Shown here one piece after another: positions 32,770 through 41,196 of a DNA stretch of 41,196 bases (the first letter of the stretch is position 1; each line of letters begins with the position of its first letter). The notes below the pieces were generated by a model. That model did no database searches. It was not told the origin of the DNA and saw only the letters and a program-made list of their open reading frames with translations. Source of the stretch: an uncultured Candidatus Saccharibacteria bacterium (GTDB lineage Bacteria; Patescibacteriota; Minisyncoccia; UBA6257). The position numbers were made by a program, and so were the translations under genes. The stretch spans positions 1 through 41,196 of the forward strand of contig CAYTXM010000001.1 in assembly GCA_964441595.1 (NCBI GenBank). The letters run 5' to 3'.

Positions 32770-34902
32770 ATGAGTAAAAAGAAAAAGAGAGGATTAAAAA
32801 TCAATTTTTTGGAAAATGGGAGGGGAATTTTTAGAAGAATAATTCCAGAATCGCCCTTAAATGTAGAAATCAAGAATAGTCTTTATGCGATTCTCTTTTT
32901 GTGTTTGACTTTGATTTTAATATTGAGTTCCTTAAATCTAGCTGGTCCTATAGGAAGAGGAGTATTTAAACTTTTTGATTATCTTTTAGGATGGGGATAT
33001 TTTATTTTGCCTATTCTTCTTTTATTAATATCGTTTGTTTTTTTCCGCTCTTTATCTGAAAAAATAAATCTTACCGGCTTTACATTTCAGGGCTGTTTTT
33101 TCATATTACTTTCAACTCTTTCTCTTCTTGAAATTTTTGCCAATGGTAAAGGCGGTGTAGTAGGCTCCATAGGAGCTTTGCTAAAAAATTATTTGGGGCT
33201 TTGGCCTACTTTAATTATATATATAGCTGTTTTAATCTCGGGATTTTTATTAGTTTTAAATATTCCTCTTAGATTTTCAAGGAAGGAGAAAGAAGAAGAG
33301 GAAGAGAAAGAAGAGGCAGAAATTTCTTCTTTTCCAGAATCAGTAGAAAAAGAAGTAGTCCCTAAATCAGAAGAAATAACCGAAGAGGTCTTTGATAAAC
33401 AACGCAAAGACAAAGAAGCTAAATCAGAAAAGAAAATGCGCGCTTTTATAATGTCAAAAAGTCATTATAAATTCCCGTCATCAGGATTATTAGAAACTGA
33501 AGGTATTCGTCCCCGCGTCGGTGATATTAGGGCCAATGCCAATATTATTAAAAGGACTCTTCAAAATTTTGGAATTGATGTAGAAATGGGAGAAGTGAAT
33601 GTGGGGCCAACAGTTACCCAATATACTTTTAAGCCGGCTGAGGGTGTAAAACTTTCCAGTATTACCGCGCTTCAAAATGATTTAGCTTTAGCTTTAGCTG
33701 CTCATCCATTACGAATAGAAGCCCCTATTCCCGGAAGATCATTGGTTGGAGTGGAAGTCCCGAATAAATCTATTTCATTAGTTCGTTTGGGGAGTTTGTT
33801 AAAAGAAAGTGATTTTCAAAAAACCGCTTCGTCATTATCTTTTGCGCTTGGCAGAAATGTAAAAGGTGAAGCATTATTGGCGGATTTGAGCAAAATGCCG
33901 CATCTTTTAATAGCTGGGTCCACAGGTTCGGGAAAGTCTGTATGTATTCATAGCATCCTCTCGTCCTTTCTTTTTAAAAATTCTCCAGAAACATTAAGGT
34001 TGATTTTAGTAGATCCCAAAAGAGTTGAACTTTCTCATTATAACGATATACCGCATCTTTTGACGCCAGTTATTACTGATTATAAAAAAGTGCTTCCAGC
34101 GCTTCGTTGGGCTACAAATGAAATGGAAAGAAGATATAATTTGCTTTCTGAATATAAAAGCCGCGATATTGAAGGATATAATTTAAAAGTATTAGCAAAG
34201 AAAGAAATGCCATTACCATATATCGTAATAATTATTGATGAATTAGCTGATTTAATGGCGCGCTATGGGCGTGACTTAGAGGGTTTAATAATTAAAATTG
34301 CGCAAATGGCTCGGGCCACAGGAATTCATCTTATTGTTTCCACGCAAAGACCGTCAGTAGAAGTAATTACCGGATTAATTAAAGCAAATATTACAGCGCG
34401 AATTGCCTTTCAGGTAGCTTCACAAGTAGATTCTCGGACCATTTTAGATATGGGTGGAGCAGAAAAACTCTTAGGCAGTGGAGATATGCTTTATCTTGCT
34501 CCTGATGTTTCCAAACCACGAAGAATTCAAAGCGCTTATGTTTCAGAAGAAGAAGTTAATAAATTAGTAACATTTATCGTTGAAGAGTCAGGGTTTGGAA
34601 AAGAAGAAAATGGTTTATCTGATGATTTGCAGGGATTTATGGAAGGATCGCCAGCTCCAGGAAACATTAGTTTTGAAGGATTAGACGAAGCAGAAGAAGA
34701 TGAATTGTATTCAGACGCTTATGATATAGTGGTACAGGCTGAAAAAGCGTCAGCTTCATTATTGCAAAGAAGATTACGTATTGGTTATGCAAGAGCAGCC
34801 AGGCTTTTAGATATTTTGGAAGAAAAGGGAGTGGTTGGGCCTGTTAATGGCGCTAAACCAAGAGAGGTATTTGTAAAGGCAAAGAAAGAAAATTATGAAT
34901 GA
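32770..34902 (+). CDS. ftsK: DNA translocase FtsK
   Basis: N-terminal TM helices, Walker A GSTGSGKSV, Walker B IIIDELADLM, C-terminal winged-helix gamma domain (ASASLLQRRLRIGYARAARLLDILEEKG). Confidence 0.96.
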   Translation: MSKKKKRGLKINFLENGRGIFRRIIPESPLNVEIKNSLYAILFLCLTLILILSSLNLAGPIGRGVFKLFDYLLGWGYFILPILLLLISFVFFRSLSEKINLTGFTFQGCFFILLSTLSLLEIFANGKGGVVGSIGALLKNYLGLWPTLIIYIAVLISGFLLVLNIPLRFSRKEKEEEEEKEEAEISSFPESVEKEVVPKSEEITEEVFDKQRKDKEAKSEKKMRAFIMSKSHYKFPSSGLLETEGIRPRVGDIRANANIIKRTLQNFGIDVEMGEVNVGPTVTQYTFKPAEGVKLSSITALQNDLALALAAHPLRIEAPIPGRSLVGVEVPNKSISLVRLGSLLKESDFQKTASSLSFALGRNVKGEALLADLSKMPHLLIAGSTGSGKSVCIHSILSSFLFKNSPETLRLILVDPKRVELSHYNDIPHLLTPVITDYKKVLPALRWATNEMERRYNLLSEYKSRDIEGYNLKVLAKKEMPLPYIVIIIDELADLMARYGRDLEGLIIKIAQMARATGIHLIVSTQRPSVEVITGLIKANITARIAFQVASQVDSRTILDMGGAEKLLGSGDMLYLAPDVSKPRRIQSAYVSEEEVNKLVTFIVEESGFGKEENGLSDDLQGFMEGSPAPGNISFEGLDEAEEDELYSDAYDIVVQAEKASASLLQRRLRIGYARAARLLDILEEKGVVGPVNGAKPREVFVKAKKENYE

Positions 34903-35569
34903 TAATAATAAACAAAGCTTATTGTGCGGCGCTTTTTTAAAAAAAATGCGTCAGGAAAAAGGATGGTCTTTAGAAAAAGTTTCTGAAGAAACAAAGATTT
35001 TATTATCCATACTTAAAGATTTAGAGGATGATAAATATGAGAATTTACCACCACCTGTTTACTTAAAAGGCATGATAAAACAATATGCTAATTTTTTGAA
35101 ATTAGATAAGCAAAAAGTTCTTGGGCTTTATCAAAAAAGTAATGGGAGAAATTTATCTTCTGGCAGATATGACTTACTCCCTAAAAATAGATTTTTAACT
35201 TATCAATCAAAACTTACTTCTTTTTTTAAAAATATTTGTCCAAAAATATTAAAATATCTTTTTTTTGGGTTTGTTTTGTTTTATTTTATCTATGAAGCTA
35301 GTTTTTTTATCCTTCCCGCTAAGATTATTCTTTATTCACCAGACCGTGATTTTACCACAAATCAAGCGGAACTGGTGATTTCCGGAAAAGTAATTCGTGG
35401 GAAAAGATTTTTCATTAAAGATCAAGAGATTTCTTTTGAAGGAGATAGTTTATTTAATGAAAGAATTATTCTTTCGCCAGGCACTAATAATATTCAATTT
35501 AGGGCAGTAAATATTTTAGGATACGAGACTGTTTTAGTTCGACAAATAATTTATACTGTCATTGAATAA
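34895..35569 (+). CDS. RodZ-like HTH membrane protein
   Basis: N-terminal HTH (LKKMRQEKGWSLEKVSEETKI...YLKGMIKQYANFL), a central TM, and a beta-rich C-domain. Confidence 0.6.
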   Translation: MNDNNKQSLLCGAFLKKMRQEKGWSLEKVSEETKILLSILKDLEDDKYENLPPPVYLKGMIKQYANFLKLDKQKVLGLYQKSNGRNLSSGRYDLLPKNRFLTYQSKLTSFFKNICPKILKYLFFGFVLFYFIYEASFFILPAKIILYSPDRDFTTNQAELVISGKVIRGKRFFIKDQEISFEGDSLFNERIILSPGTNNIQFRAVNILGYETVLVRQIIYTVIE

Positions 35570-35580
35570 TTAAATTTGGG

Positions 35581-35609
35581 TTGCGATATTTTTTTAAAAC
35601 TGTTAATAT
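35581..35609 (+). promoter_or_regulatory. Putative recA promoter
   Basis: TTGCGA, 17 nt, TAATAT. Leaves a leader of about 85 nt. Confidence 0.4.
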
Positions 35610-35694
35610 AGATTATAATAATTAAAATGGCAACATTTAAATTTCAAGGTTCTGCGAACAGAGTGAGCAGGTTCTTTAAATACGGTTCTAATTT

Positions 35695-36717
35695 ATGGTT
35701 AAATCTTTAAACAAAGAGAAAAAAGGTGAATCTAGCCCCTCTAAAAAAGAAGGAGATGCTTTGGATCAAATAATGAATGATCTCCAAGAAAGATTTGGTG
35801 AAGGCACGATAATGAGGTTAGGCGGGATTAGGAAAGTTGATGTAGATATTATCCCTACAGGCTCTCCGTCATTAAATTTGGCTTTGGGAGTAGGTGGTAT
35901 TCCACGAGGAAGAATTATTGAGATCTATGGTGCTGAATCTTCTGGAAAAACCACTTTGGTTCTTCATATTGTCGCTGAAATTCAAAAAAAGGGAGGAAAA
36001 GCGGCTTTTGTTGATTCAGAACATGCTCTTGATCCAGAATATGCTAGTAAAATTGGTGTAAAAACAAAAGAATTATTAATATCTCAACCTGATAATGGAG
36101 AACAAGCATTGGATATAGTAGAAGCTTTAGTTCGTTCAGGGGCGATAGATTTAATTATTGTTGATTCAGTGGCGGCATTAACCCCAAAAGCTGAAATAGA
36201 AGGGGAAATGGGTGACCAGCAAATTGGATTACAAGCTCGATTAATGAGCAGAGCTTTGAGAAAATTAGCCGCAATAGCGCATAAAACAAATACGGCAATT
36301 ATTTTTACCAATCAAACAAGAATGCAAATTGGAATGATGATGTTTGGCAATCCCGTTACTACTCCCGGAGGAAAAGCATTGAAGTTTTATTCCTCAGTCA
36401 GAATAGAATTAAAAAGAAGAGCTCAAATCAAAAAAGGAGATGAAATAATAGGCTCACGCATAAAAGCAAAGGTGGTAAAAAATAAAGTGGCCGCGCCTTT
36501 CAGGGAAACAGAATTTGATATTCTTTATAATGAAGGCATCTCTTATAGCGGCGATTTATTAAATATGGGAATTAAAGAAAGTGTTGTTACAAAAAGAGGA
36601 ATAACTTACTTTTTTGATCAGATAAAATTGGGAGCAGGATTTGAAGCAGCAAGAACCTTTTTAAAAGAAAATCCCAAGGTTGCAAAAGAACTATTGAAAC
36701 AAATTACAAAAAAATAG
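35695..36717 (+). CDS. recA: Recombinase RecA
   Basis: GAESSGKTT Walker [10 protein letters not shown] Walker B, L1/L2 loop regions. Confidence 0.97.
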   Translation: MVKSLNKEKKGESSPSKKEGDALDQIMNDLQERFGEGTIMRLGGIRKVDVDIIPTGSPSLNLALGVGGIPRGRIIEIYGAESSGKTTLVLHIVAEIQKKGGKAAFVDSEHALDPEYASKIGVKTKELLISQPDNGEQALDIVEALVRSGAIDLIIVDSVAALTPKAEIEGEMGDQQIGLQARLMSRALRKLAAIAHKTNTAIIFTNQTRMQIGMMMFGNPVTTPGGKALKFYSSVRIELKRRAQIKKGDEIIGSRIKAKVVKNKVAAPFRETEFDILYNEGISYSGDLLNMGIKESVVTKRGITYFFDQIKLGAGFEAARTFLKENPKVAKELLKQITKK

Positions 36718-36721
36718 ATTT

Positions 36722-37201
36722 ATGGAACAAAAAAATAATAATTATGAATTATCTTTTTGGTTTTCGTCTCAGTTGGAAGAGAAAGCAATTGAGCAAAAAT
36801 TTGATAATTTATTGAAACAACTAGAAAAATCAGGTGCTTCGATAATTTTCAGTCAGTCGCCTCAATTAAAACAATTGGCTTATCCTATCAAAAAAGAAAG
36901 GAATGCTTATTTTGGGTATATTCAATTTGGATTTTCTAAAGATTCTTTAGCTCATCTGGAAGAAGAACTTAAATTGAACAATGATATCATCCGTTTTATG
37001 ATTTTAAATATGAAACCTAAAGAAGAACAAAAAGCTCCACGTCCTGCCTTTAGAAAATCTGCTTTTAAGGGAGAAAGAAAAGAAAAAAAAGTGAAAGAGC
37101 ACTCGGCCGCTAAATCTATAGAAGGCAAGGAAGAAAAAGTCATTAGTCTCGAAGAATTAGATAAAAAACTTAGCGAAATTCTTAAAGAAGAAAAAAAATA
37201 G
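36722..37201 (+). CDS. rpsF: 30S ribosomal protein S6 with charged C-terminal extension
   Basis: YELSFWFSSQLEE...LAYPIKKERNAYFGYIQF is the S6 core. About 60 aa of K/E-rich tail. Followed by ssb. Confidence 0.88.
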   Translation: MEQKNNNYELSFWFSSQLEEKAIEQKFDNLLKQLEKSGASIIFSQSPQLKQLAYPIKKERNAYFGYIQFGFSKDSLAHLEEELKLNNDIIRFMILNMKPKEEQKAPRPAFRKSAFKGERKEKKVKEHSAAKSIEGKEEKVISLEELDKKLSEILKEEKK

Positions 37202-37243
37202 AGGGTCAGAACGGTGGGAAGAAACTTTAACCACAATAAAATC

Positions 37244-37687
37244 ATGAATTTAAACAAAATATTCATTATAGGTAATCTTACTAGGGATGTGACACTTCAC
37301 AACACGCCTTCCGGTAAATCAGTTGCTAATTTTGGAGTAGCTACTAATAGAATGTGGGTAAATGCAAATGGGGAAAAACAACAGGAAGTGGAATTTCATA
37401 ATGTGGTAGTCTGGGGGAAAATGGCAGAGTTATGTAATCAGTACCTTGCTAAAGGCCGCTTAGTATTTGTAGAAGGAAGAATTAGGTCAAGGAGTTGGGT
37501 TGATGCAAATGAACAAAAAAGGACAACAACTGAAATTATTTCTGAAAATATTAGTTTTGGCCCTCGAAAGATGCAAGAAGGTGAAGAATTAAAAATGCCG
37601 CCAGAAAAGGCGGATTCAAAGACGAAAGACCTTCCTGTCTTAGAGGAAGATTCAGAAGAAGTTATTCCTGATGATATTCCTTTTTAA
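37244..37687 (+). CDS. ssb: Single-stranded DNA-binding protein
   Basis: Start trimmed to MNLNKIFIIGNLTRDV. OB-fold. C-terminal acidic tip DDIPF. Confidence 0.94.
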   Translation: MNLNKIFIIGNLTRDVTLHNTPSGKSVANFGVATNRMWVNANGEKQQEVEFHNVVVWGKMAELCNQYLAKGRLVFVEGRIRSRSWVDANEQKRTTTEIISENISFGPRKMQEGEELKMPPEKADSKTKDLPVLEEDSEEVIPDDIPF

Positions 37688-38708
37688 TATCTTTAATTAT
37701 TTCATCTAAGTTTCCACCGAGAATTTGTTCGATATTATGCCATGATTTTTTAATACGATGGTCAGTAATACGATCTTGTGGAAAATTATAAGTTCTAATT
37801 TTTTCTGATCTCTCGGCGCGACCTATTTGGTCGCGTCTTTCTTTTTCTTCTTTTCCAGTCACTTCCTCTTGCGTTTTAATAAGAACCTTATTTTTTAGAA
37901 GCTCTAGTGCTTTTTCTCTATTTCCCTTTTGTTTTCTTCCGCTTTGGCACACGACTGTTAATCCTGTAGGTTTATGGACAAGACGCACTGCCGACTCTAC
38001 TTTTTGGACATTTTGTCCTCCTGGTCCTGAAGAGCGGAAAAATGTTTCTTCTAAATCTTCTGTTTTAATTTCTATTTCCACATTTTTTATTTGAGGAAGA
38101 ATTGCTACTGTTGCTGTAGAAGTGTGAATACGTCCGGATTTTTCAGTAGCTGGTATTCTTTGAACCCGATGCACACCAGCTTCGTATTGTAAGTCATTAA
38201 AAGCTTCTTTATCATTTATTTCCATTGCCCCTTCTTTTAAGCCATCTAACGCTGTTTTATTCATATTAATAATTTTAACTGGCCACCCTTTGATTTCAGC
38301 GTATCGGTTATACATTCGGAATAAATCATGCGCGAATAATGCTGCTTCTCCGCCTCCAGTTCCAGCTCTAATTTCTACTATAATGCCTTTAATTTTAGAC
38401 GCTCCGTTATCTTCTTCTATCTTTTTTGCTTTTTCTGCTAAAATTTTTTCTTTTATTTCTTTATTCTTTTTTAAATCTTCTTCTGCCAGAGATAAAAGTT
38501 CATCGTCAGTTGCTTCGGCTAAAATTTCTTCAGCTTCCTTAATCTTTTTTTCTGTTTTTGTTAGTGTTTTAAGAAAATTTATTTCTCCTTCAATTTTTTT
38601 TAGTTGGCGAGACGCTTTTTCAAAATTCTTTTTATTTGAAAGAAACTCAGGGTTGCTGAGTTTCTTAAAAAGATCTTCTTTTTCTTTTTCTAATTTTTCC
38701 AGTTCCAT
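37662..38708 (-). CDS. prfA: Peptide chain release factor 1
   Basis: PAT tripeptide (RIPATEKSGR), which is RF1-specific, and GGQ (SGPGGQNVQK). The convergent 3' end overlaps ssb by 26 nt. Confidence 0.94.
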   Translation of the reverse strand: MELEKLEKEKEDLFKKLSNPEFLSNKKNFEKASRQLKKIEGEINFLKTLTKTEKKIKEAEEILAEATDDELLSLAEEDLKKNKEIKEKILAEKAKKIEEDNGASKIKGIIVEIRAGTGGGEAALFAHDLFRMYNRYAEIKGWPVKIINMNKTALDGLKEGAMEINDKEAFNDLQYEAGVHRVQRIPATEKSGRIHTSTATVAILPQIKNVEIEIKTEDLEETFFRSSGPGGQNVQKVESAVRLVHKPTGLTVVCQSGRKQKGNREKALELLKNKVLIKTQEEVTGKEEKERRDQIGRAERSEKIRTYNFPQDRITDHRIKKSWHNIEQILGGNLDEIIKDIKKEYHQE

Positions 38709-38728
38709 TTATTTTTTGTTTTTGTCAC

Positions 38729-39013
38729 CTAGAGGGTTTTTGTCTTTTTATTTGTTTTTTTCCTTCTTTTTCCAGCTTTATTTAGAATAGGTTTTTTACT
38801 TTTGATTCCTTTTGTTTTCTCAAGTCGATTTTTAAATTTTTGAACACGACCAGCAGTATCTACTAATTTTTTCTGTCCAGTATAAAAAGGATGGCAGCGT
38901 GAGCAAATTTCAATTTCTGCTTTATCAACGGTAGAGCCAACATCAAATTTAGCCCCGCAAGCGCAGGTTACAATTGCTTTTGTATTGTATTTTGGATGTA
39001 CGTCTTTTTTCAT
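38729..39013 (-). CDS. rpmE: 50S ribosomal protein L31 (Zn-ribbon type) with Lys-rich tail
   Basis: MKKDVHPKY..., CACG...[10 protein letters not shown]. About 25 aa of basic extension. Confidence 0.92.
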   Translation of the reverse strand: MKKDVHPKYNTKAIVTCACGAKFDVGSTVDKAEIEICSRCHPFYTGQKKLVDTAGRVQKFKNRLEKTKGIKSKKPILNKAGKRRKKTNKKTKTL

Positions 39014-39079
39014 AATTTTCTATAGTAGGAAAATTGTAGCAAAAAAAACTTAAAAAAGCAATAAAAACATAGGAGAAGC

Positions 39080-39178
39080 TTGACTTTAGTTTGTATAATG
39101 TGATAATATAATAAATGTTCTCACATTTGAGGAAAGGTCCCACTGCAACACTACGGCTGAAAAGCCGTAGTGTTTTTT
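39080..39178 (+). ncRNA. Candidate self-contained short transcription unit (promoter, ~65-nt transcript, GNRA-capped terminator) upstream of rpsB
   Basis: TTGACT 39080-39085, 16 nt, TGtGATAAT 39099-39107. Small hairpin AAATGT-TCTC-ACATTT. Terminator ACACTACGGCT-GAAA-AGCCGTAGTGT plus T6 (39148-39178). A separate promoter for rpsB follows: TTGATT 39187, 17 nt, TAAATT 39210. Confidence 0.4.
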
Positions 39179-39231
39179 AAAACTTCTTGATTCTTGCTAT
39201 CTTTTATGGTAAATTAGAAAAACACAATAAT

Positions 39232-39933
39232 ATGGAAGAAGAAAAACAACAATTAACTGAAGGAGTTGAGATGGAAAAAGTGGGATTGCATTATGGCCAT
39301 AAAAAGACCTATAATCATCCACAAGCTGGATATTTTACTCTTAAATCCAATACAGAGTTATCTTTTATTGATTTAGACGAGACAGTAAAGGCATTAGAGG
39401 CGGCTTTGGGTTTTATTAAGAAAATAATTAAAAAAAGTGGTACAATTCTTTTTGTTGGAGCTATACCAGGGGCAAAAAATGGAATTGAGGAATTAGCAAA
39501 AAAACATGACTTTCCTTATGTTACTAACCGTTGGTTAGGTGGAACTTTAACGAATTTTAAAACATTAAATGACAGGATTAAATACTTGAAAGAATTGGAA
39601 GAAAAAAAGAAATCAGGTGAATGGCAAAAATATACTAAGCATGAGAGAAAAAATTTAGAGGATGAGATGAATAAATTAGAAGCAAAATTTGTTGGTTTAA
39701 AAAATACATCCAAGTTGCCTGACGCTTTATTTGTTGTAGATCCTAAAATTCATGATACTGCGGTGAAAGAAGCACGTATAATAAAGATCCCGATTGTGGC
39801 AATATTAGACACTGATGATGATCCAACTTCTATCAATTATCCAATTCCTGCTAATGATAGCGCAAAATCTTCTATTGATTATATTTTGAATAAAGTAGAC
39901 CAAGCCATAGACCAGGCGAAGAAAGATAATTAA
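39232..39933 (+). CDS. rpsB: 30S ribosomal protein S2
   Basis: Start trimmed to MEEEKQQL. VGLHYGHKK (S2 GVHFGH motif) and TNRWLGGTLTNF. Confidence 0.93.
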   Translation: MEEEKQQLTEGVEMEKVGLHYGHKKTYNHPQAGYFTLKSNTELSFIDLDETVKALEAALGFIKKIIKKSGTILFVGAIPGAKNGIEELAKKHDFPYVTNRWLGGTLTNFKTLNDRIKYLKELEEKKKSGEWQKYTKHERKNLEDEMNKLEAKFVGLKNTSKLPDALFVVDPKIHDTAVKEARIIKIPIVAILDTDDDPTSINYPIPANDSAKSSIDYILNKVDQAIDQAKKDN

Positions 39934-39956
39934 CAAATAACATATAACAAATAACG

Positions 39957-40541
39957 ATGGTATCAATTGATGATGTTCAAAAATTAAGAAAACAAACATT
40001 TGCTCCTGCAATAGATTGTAAAAAAGCCCTGGAAGAAACAAAGGGGGACATTACTAAAGCGAGTGAGATATTAAGGAAAAAAGGGCAATTACGGGCTGAG
40101 AAAAAGCAGGATAATAATACAAAAGCTGGGGTAATTGAAGCATATATTCATGCGAATAATCAATTTGGCGCTTTAGTAGAGTTGCGTTGCGAAACTAGTT
40201 TTGTGGCCAATAACCCTGATTTTAAAAAACTGGCTTACGATTTAGCAATGCACATAACAGCTTTAGATCCACAATATGCTTCCTCTGAAGAAATTCCAAA
40301 AGAAATAATTGAAGAGAAGAAGAAAGAATATATTAAAGAATTTAAAAAAAGCAATAAACCACCGGAAATCATAAAAAAGATAATTGATGGTAAGTTTGAG
40401 AAGGAGTTTCAAGAAGTTTGCTTAAATAAACAGATTTTTATCAAAGACGAAACTAAAAATATTGATCAGCTAATTCAGGAAGCTGTCGCCAAATTTGGCG
40501 AGAATATAGAAGTTAGTCGTTTTATTCGTTTTAAAATTTAA
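39957..40541 (+). CDS. tsf: Elongation factor Ts (short form, 194 aa)
   Basis: UBA-like N-terminus VQKLRKQTFAPAIDCKKALEETKGDITKA. IHANNQFGALVELRCETSFVA. Follows rpsB. Confidence 0.93.
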   Translation: MVSIDDVQKLRKQTFAPAIDCKKALEETKGDITKASEILRKKGQLRAEKKQDNNTKAGVIEAYIHANNQFGALVELRCETSFVANNPDFKKLAYDLAMHITALDPQYASSEEIPKEIIEEKKKEYIKEFKKSNKPPEIIKKIIDGKFEKEFQEVCLNKQIFIKDETKNIDQLIQEAVAKFGENIEVSRFIRFKI

Positions 40542-40542
40542 T

Positions 40543-41151
40543 ATGTTTAATATTCTTCCCCCCCTTTTAATTATTCTAGGTATAGTTGGTTTAATTTTTA
40601 TATTTAAAGGCAAAAAAGGCGAAGAAGACGAAAAAATTATAGAAGAATTAGAAGAAGAGGAAATAATAAAAGGAAGAGAGAAATTTTCAGAAAGATTTCA
40701 CAGGGTTTTTAATAAAGAGAATTATCAGAAAGCTTGTAACCAGTTTTTTCTTTTCATAGAAAAATCCTTAGTTCGTTCACGGATAATAATTTTAAGAATT
40801 GATAGAATAATTTTTAAAAATTTATCAAGCATCAGGAAAAGGAAAGATAATGATGATGTGAAAAACGGAAAAAATGGCATTATTAAATCTTTTGACAAAG
40901 AAAAGTTAGATCAAAGTGATATAGATGTCTCACATATTCTAGATACAAAAGATGAAGAAAAAAAATTATTGAAAAAGCTTCGAAAAAATCCTGATGATGT
41001 AGCTACCCTTAAAAACTTAGCTCGTATTTATCTCTGGCAGGAAGATTTTTCTTCTGCTCGTTGGACTTTACTTTGCGCTTATAGAATAGATAAAGAAGAT
41101 AATGTAGTTCATGGTTTATTAGTGGAATTGTACGAAAAAAAGCCGAGGTAG
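40543..41151 (+). CDS. Membrane-anchored hypothetical protein with TPR-like C-terminus
   Basis: N-terminal TM (ILPPLLIILGIVGLIFIF), a charged linker, and a C-terminal helical repeat-like segment (ATLKNLARIYLWQEDFSSARWTLLCAYRID). Confidence 0.55.
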   Translation: MFNILPPLLIILGIVGLIFIFKGKKGEEDEKIIEELEEEEIIKGREKFSERFHRVFNKENYQKACNQFFLFIEKSLVRSRIIILRIDRIIFKNLSSIRKRKDNDDVKNGKNGIIKSFDKEKLDQSDIDVSHILDTKDEEKKLLKKLRKNPDDVATLKNLARIYLWQEDFSSARWTLLCAYRIDKEDNVVHGLLVELYEKKPR

Positions 41152-41196
41152 CTCAATGGTAGAGCAACGGTTTTGTAAACCGTAGGTTGGGGGTTC
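41142..41196 (+). tRNA. tRNA-Thr (anticodon UGU), 5' part; the 3' end lies beyond the window
   Basis: GCCGAGG acceptor arm, TA, GCTC-AATGGTA-GAGC D-arm, ACGGT-TTTGTAA-ACCGT anticodon arm (TGT), variable AGGT, T-arm start TGGGGGTTC. Confidence 0.85.

Noticed and set aside
35640-35694. LexA/SOS box upstream of recA. GGTTCT occurs three times (35648, 35670, 35684), along with GTTCTGCGAAC.
   Set aside because: This matches neither CTGT-N8-ACAG nor the Cheo box GAAC-N4-GTTC. The spacing is irregular, and no lexA is seen in the window. It is kept only as a weak possibility.
35627-35710. 27-codon upstream ORF ([27 protein letters not shown]) overlapping the recA start out of frame.
   Set aside because: There is no SD or promoter-proximal ATG evidence, and it may be fortuitous. 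It is mentioned only because leader peptides are possible in an SD-poor genome.
38290-38790. Long antisense or alternative-frame ORFs from the track. These are 3230-3535, 6794-7000, 8511-8747, 11908-12183, 12728-13057, 14673-14855, 19221-19451, 20108-20380, 20700-20891, 21311-21565, 22685-22882, 24694-24918, 25981-26220, 30212-30529, 32285-32482, 33189-33413, 33490-33675, 36084-36311, 36952-37266, 38290-38790, 38949-39143, 39516-39713 and 39805-40041.
   Set aside because: Each lies inside or opposite a confidently identified gene. Their compositions are low-complexity Phe/Ile/Leu/Ser-rich, typical of shadow frames in AT-rich DNA, and none has a recognisable motif.
1-41196. Alternative genetic code (UGA as Gly or Trp, as in some candidate phyla).
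   Set aside because: All housekeeping ORFs are full length under the standard code. At least one cassette ORF ends on TGA (23615-23803). No in-frame TGA interruptions were needed to recover conserved proteins.

Overview
AT-rich bacterial chromosome segment spanning the replication-origin neighbourhood: jag-yidC-rnpA-rpmH on the minus strand, diverging from dnaA-(oriC)-dnaN on the plus strand. Most of the rest is compact housekeeping: PBP1A, ruvC, yebC, pheST, gyrB, rpsP, tyrS, gap-rpiB-rpe, rplY, rpsR, ftsK, recA, rpsF-ssb, prfA, rpmE, rpsB-tsf and a partial tRNA-Thr. Tiny intergenic gaps, no Shine-Dalgarno (SD) motifs on core genes, charged tails on ribosomal proteins and lamin-tail-domain surface proteins suggest a reduced-genome Patescibacteria/CPR-like organism with the standard code; this is inference only. 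The unusual part is an accessory stretch of about 9.7 kb between the rpsP terminator (about 14.45 kb) and tyrS (24.19 kb). It contains three things. (1) A 2,246-bp unit present twice in tandem. Each copy holds a DEDDh-type exonuclease, a consensus promoter with a structured leader, three to four small SD-bearing genes (a 2-TM peptide, a cysteine-less NrdH-like protein, unknowns), a terminator, and an AT-rich non-coding tail with a perfect DnaA box beside an outward promoter. The two copies are about 86% identical over the first ~213 nt of the exonuclease gene and then show no difference I can find for ~1.96 kb. (2) A membrane protein and a 1,165-aa secreted protein with a phospholipase-C-like zinc domain, two lamin-tail domains and Thr/Ser linkers. 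(3) A second small-gene operon (mini-GNAT, C2HC zinc finger, zinc ribbon, 16-aa micro-ORF) whose promoter, 5' hairpin and SD-start context are recognisably paralogous to those of the duplicated cassette. I found no integrase, transposase, CRISPR array or known defence gene, so functions for these cassettes are inference. Other candidates are two short structured RNAs (18.90-18.97 kb and upstream of rpsB), a recurring intergenic 12-mer, and an oriC with phased DnaA-box-like 9-mers.
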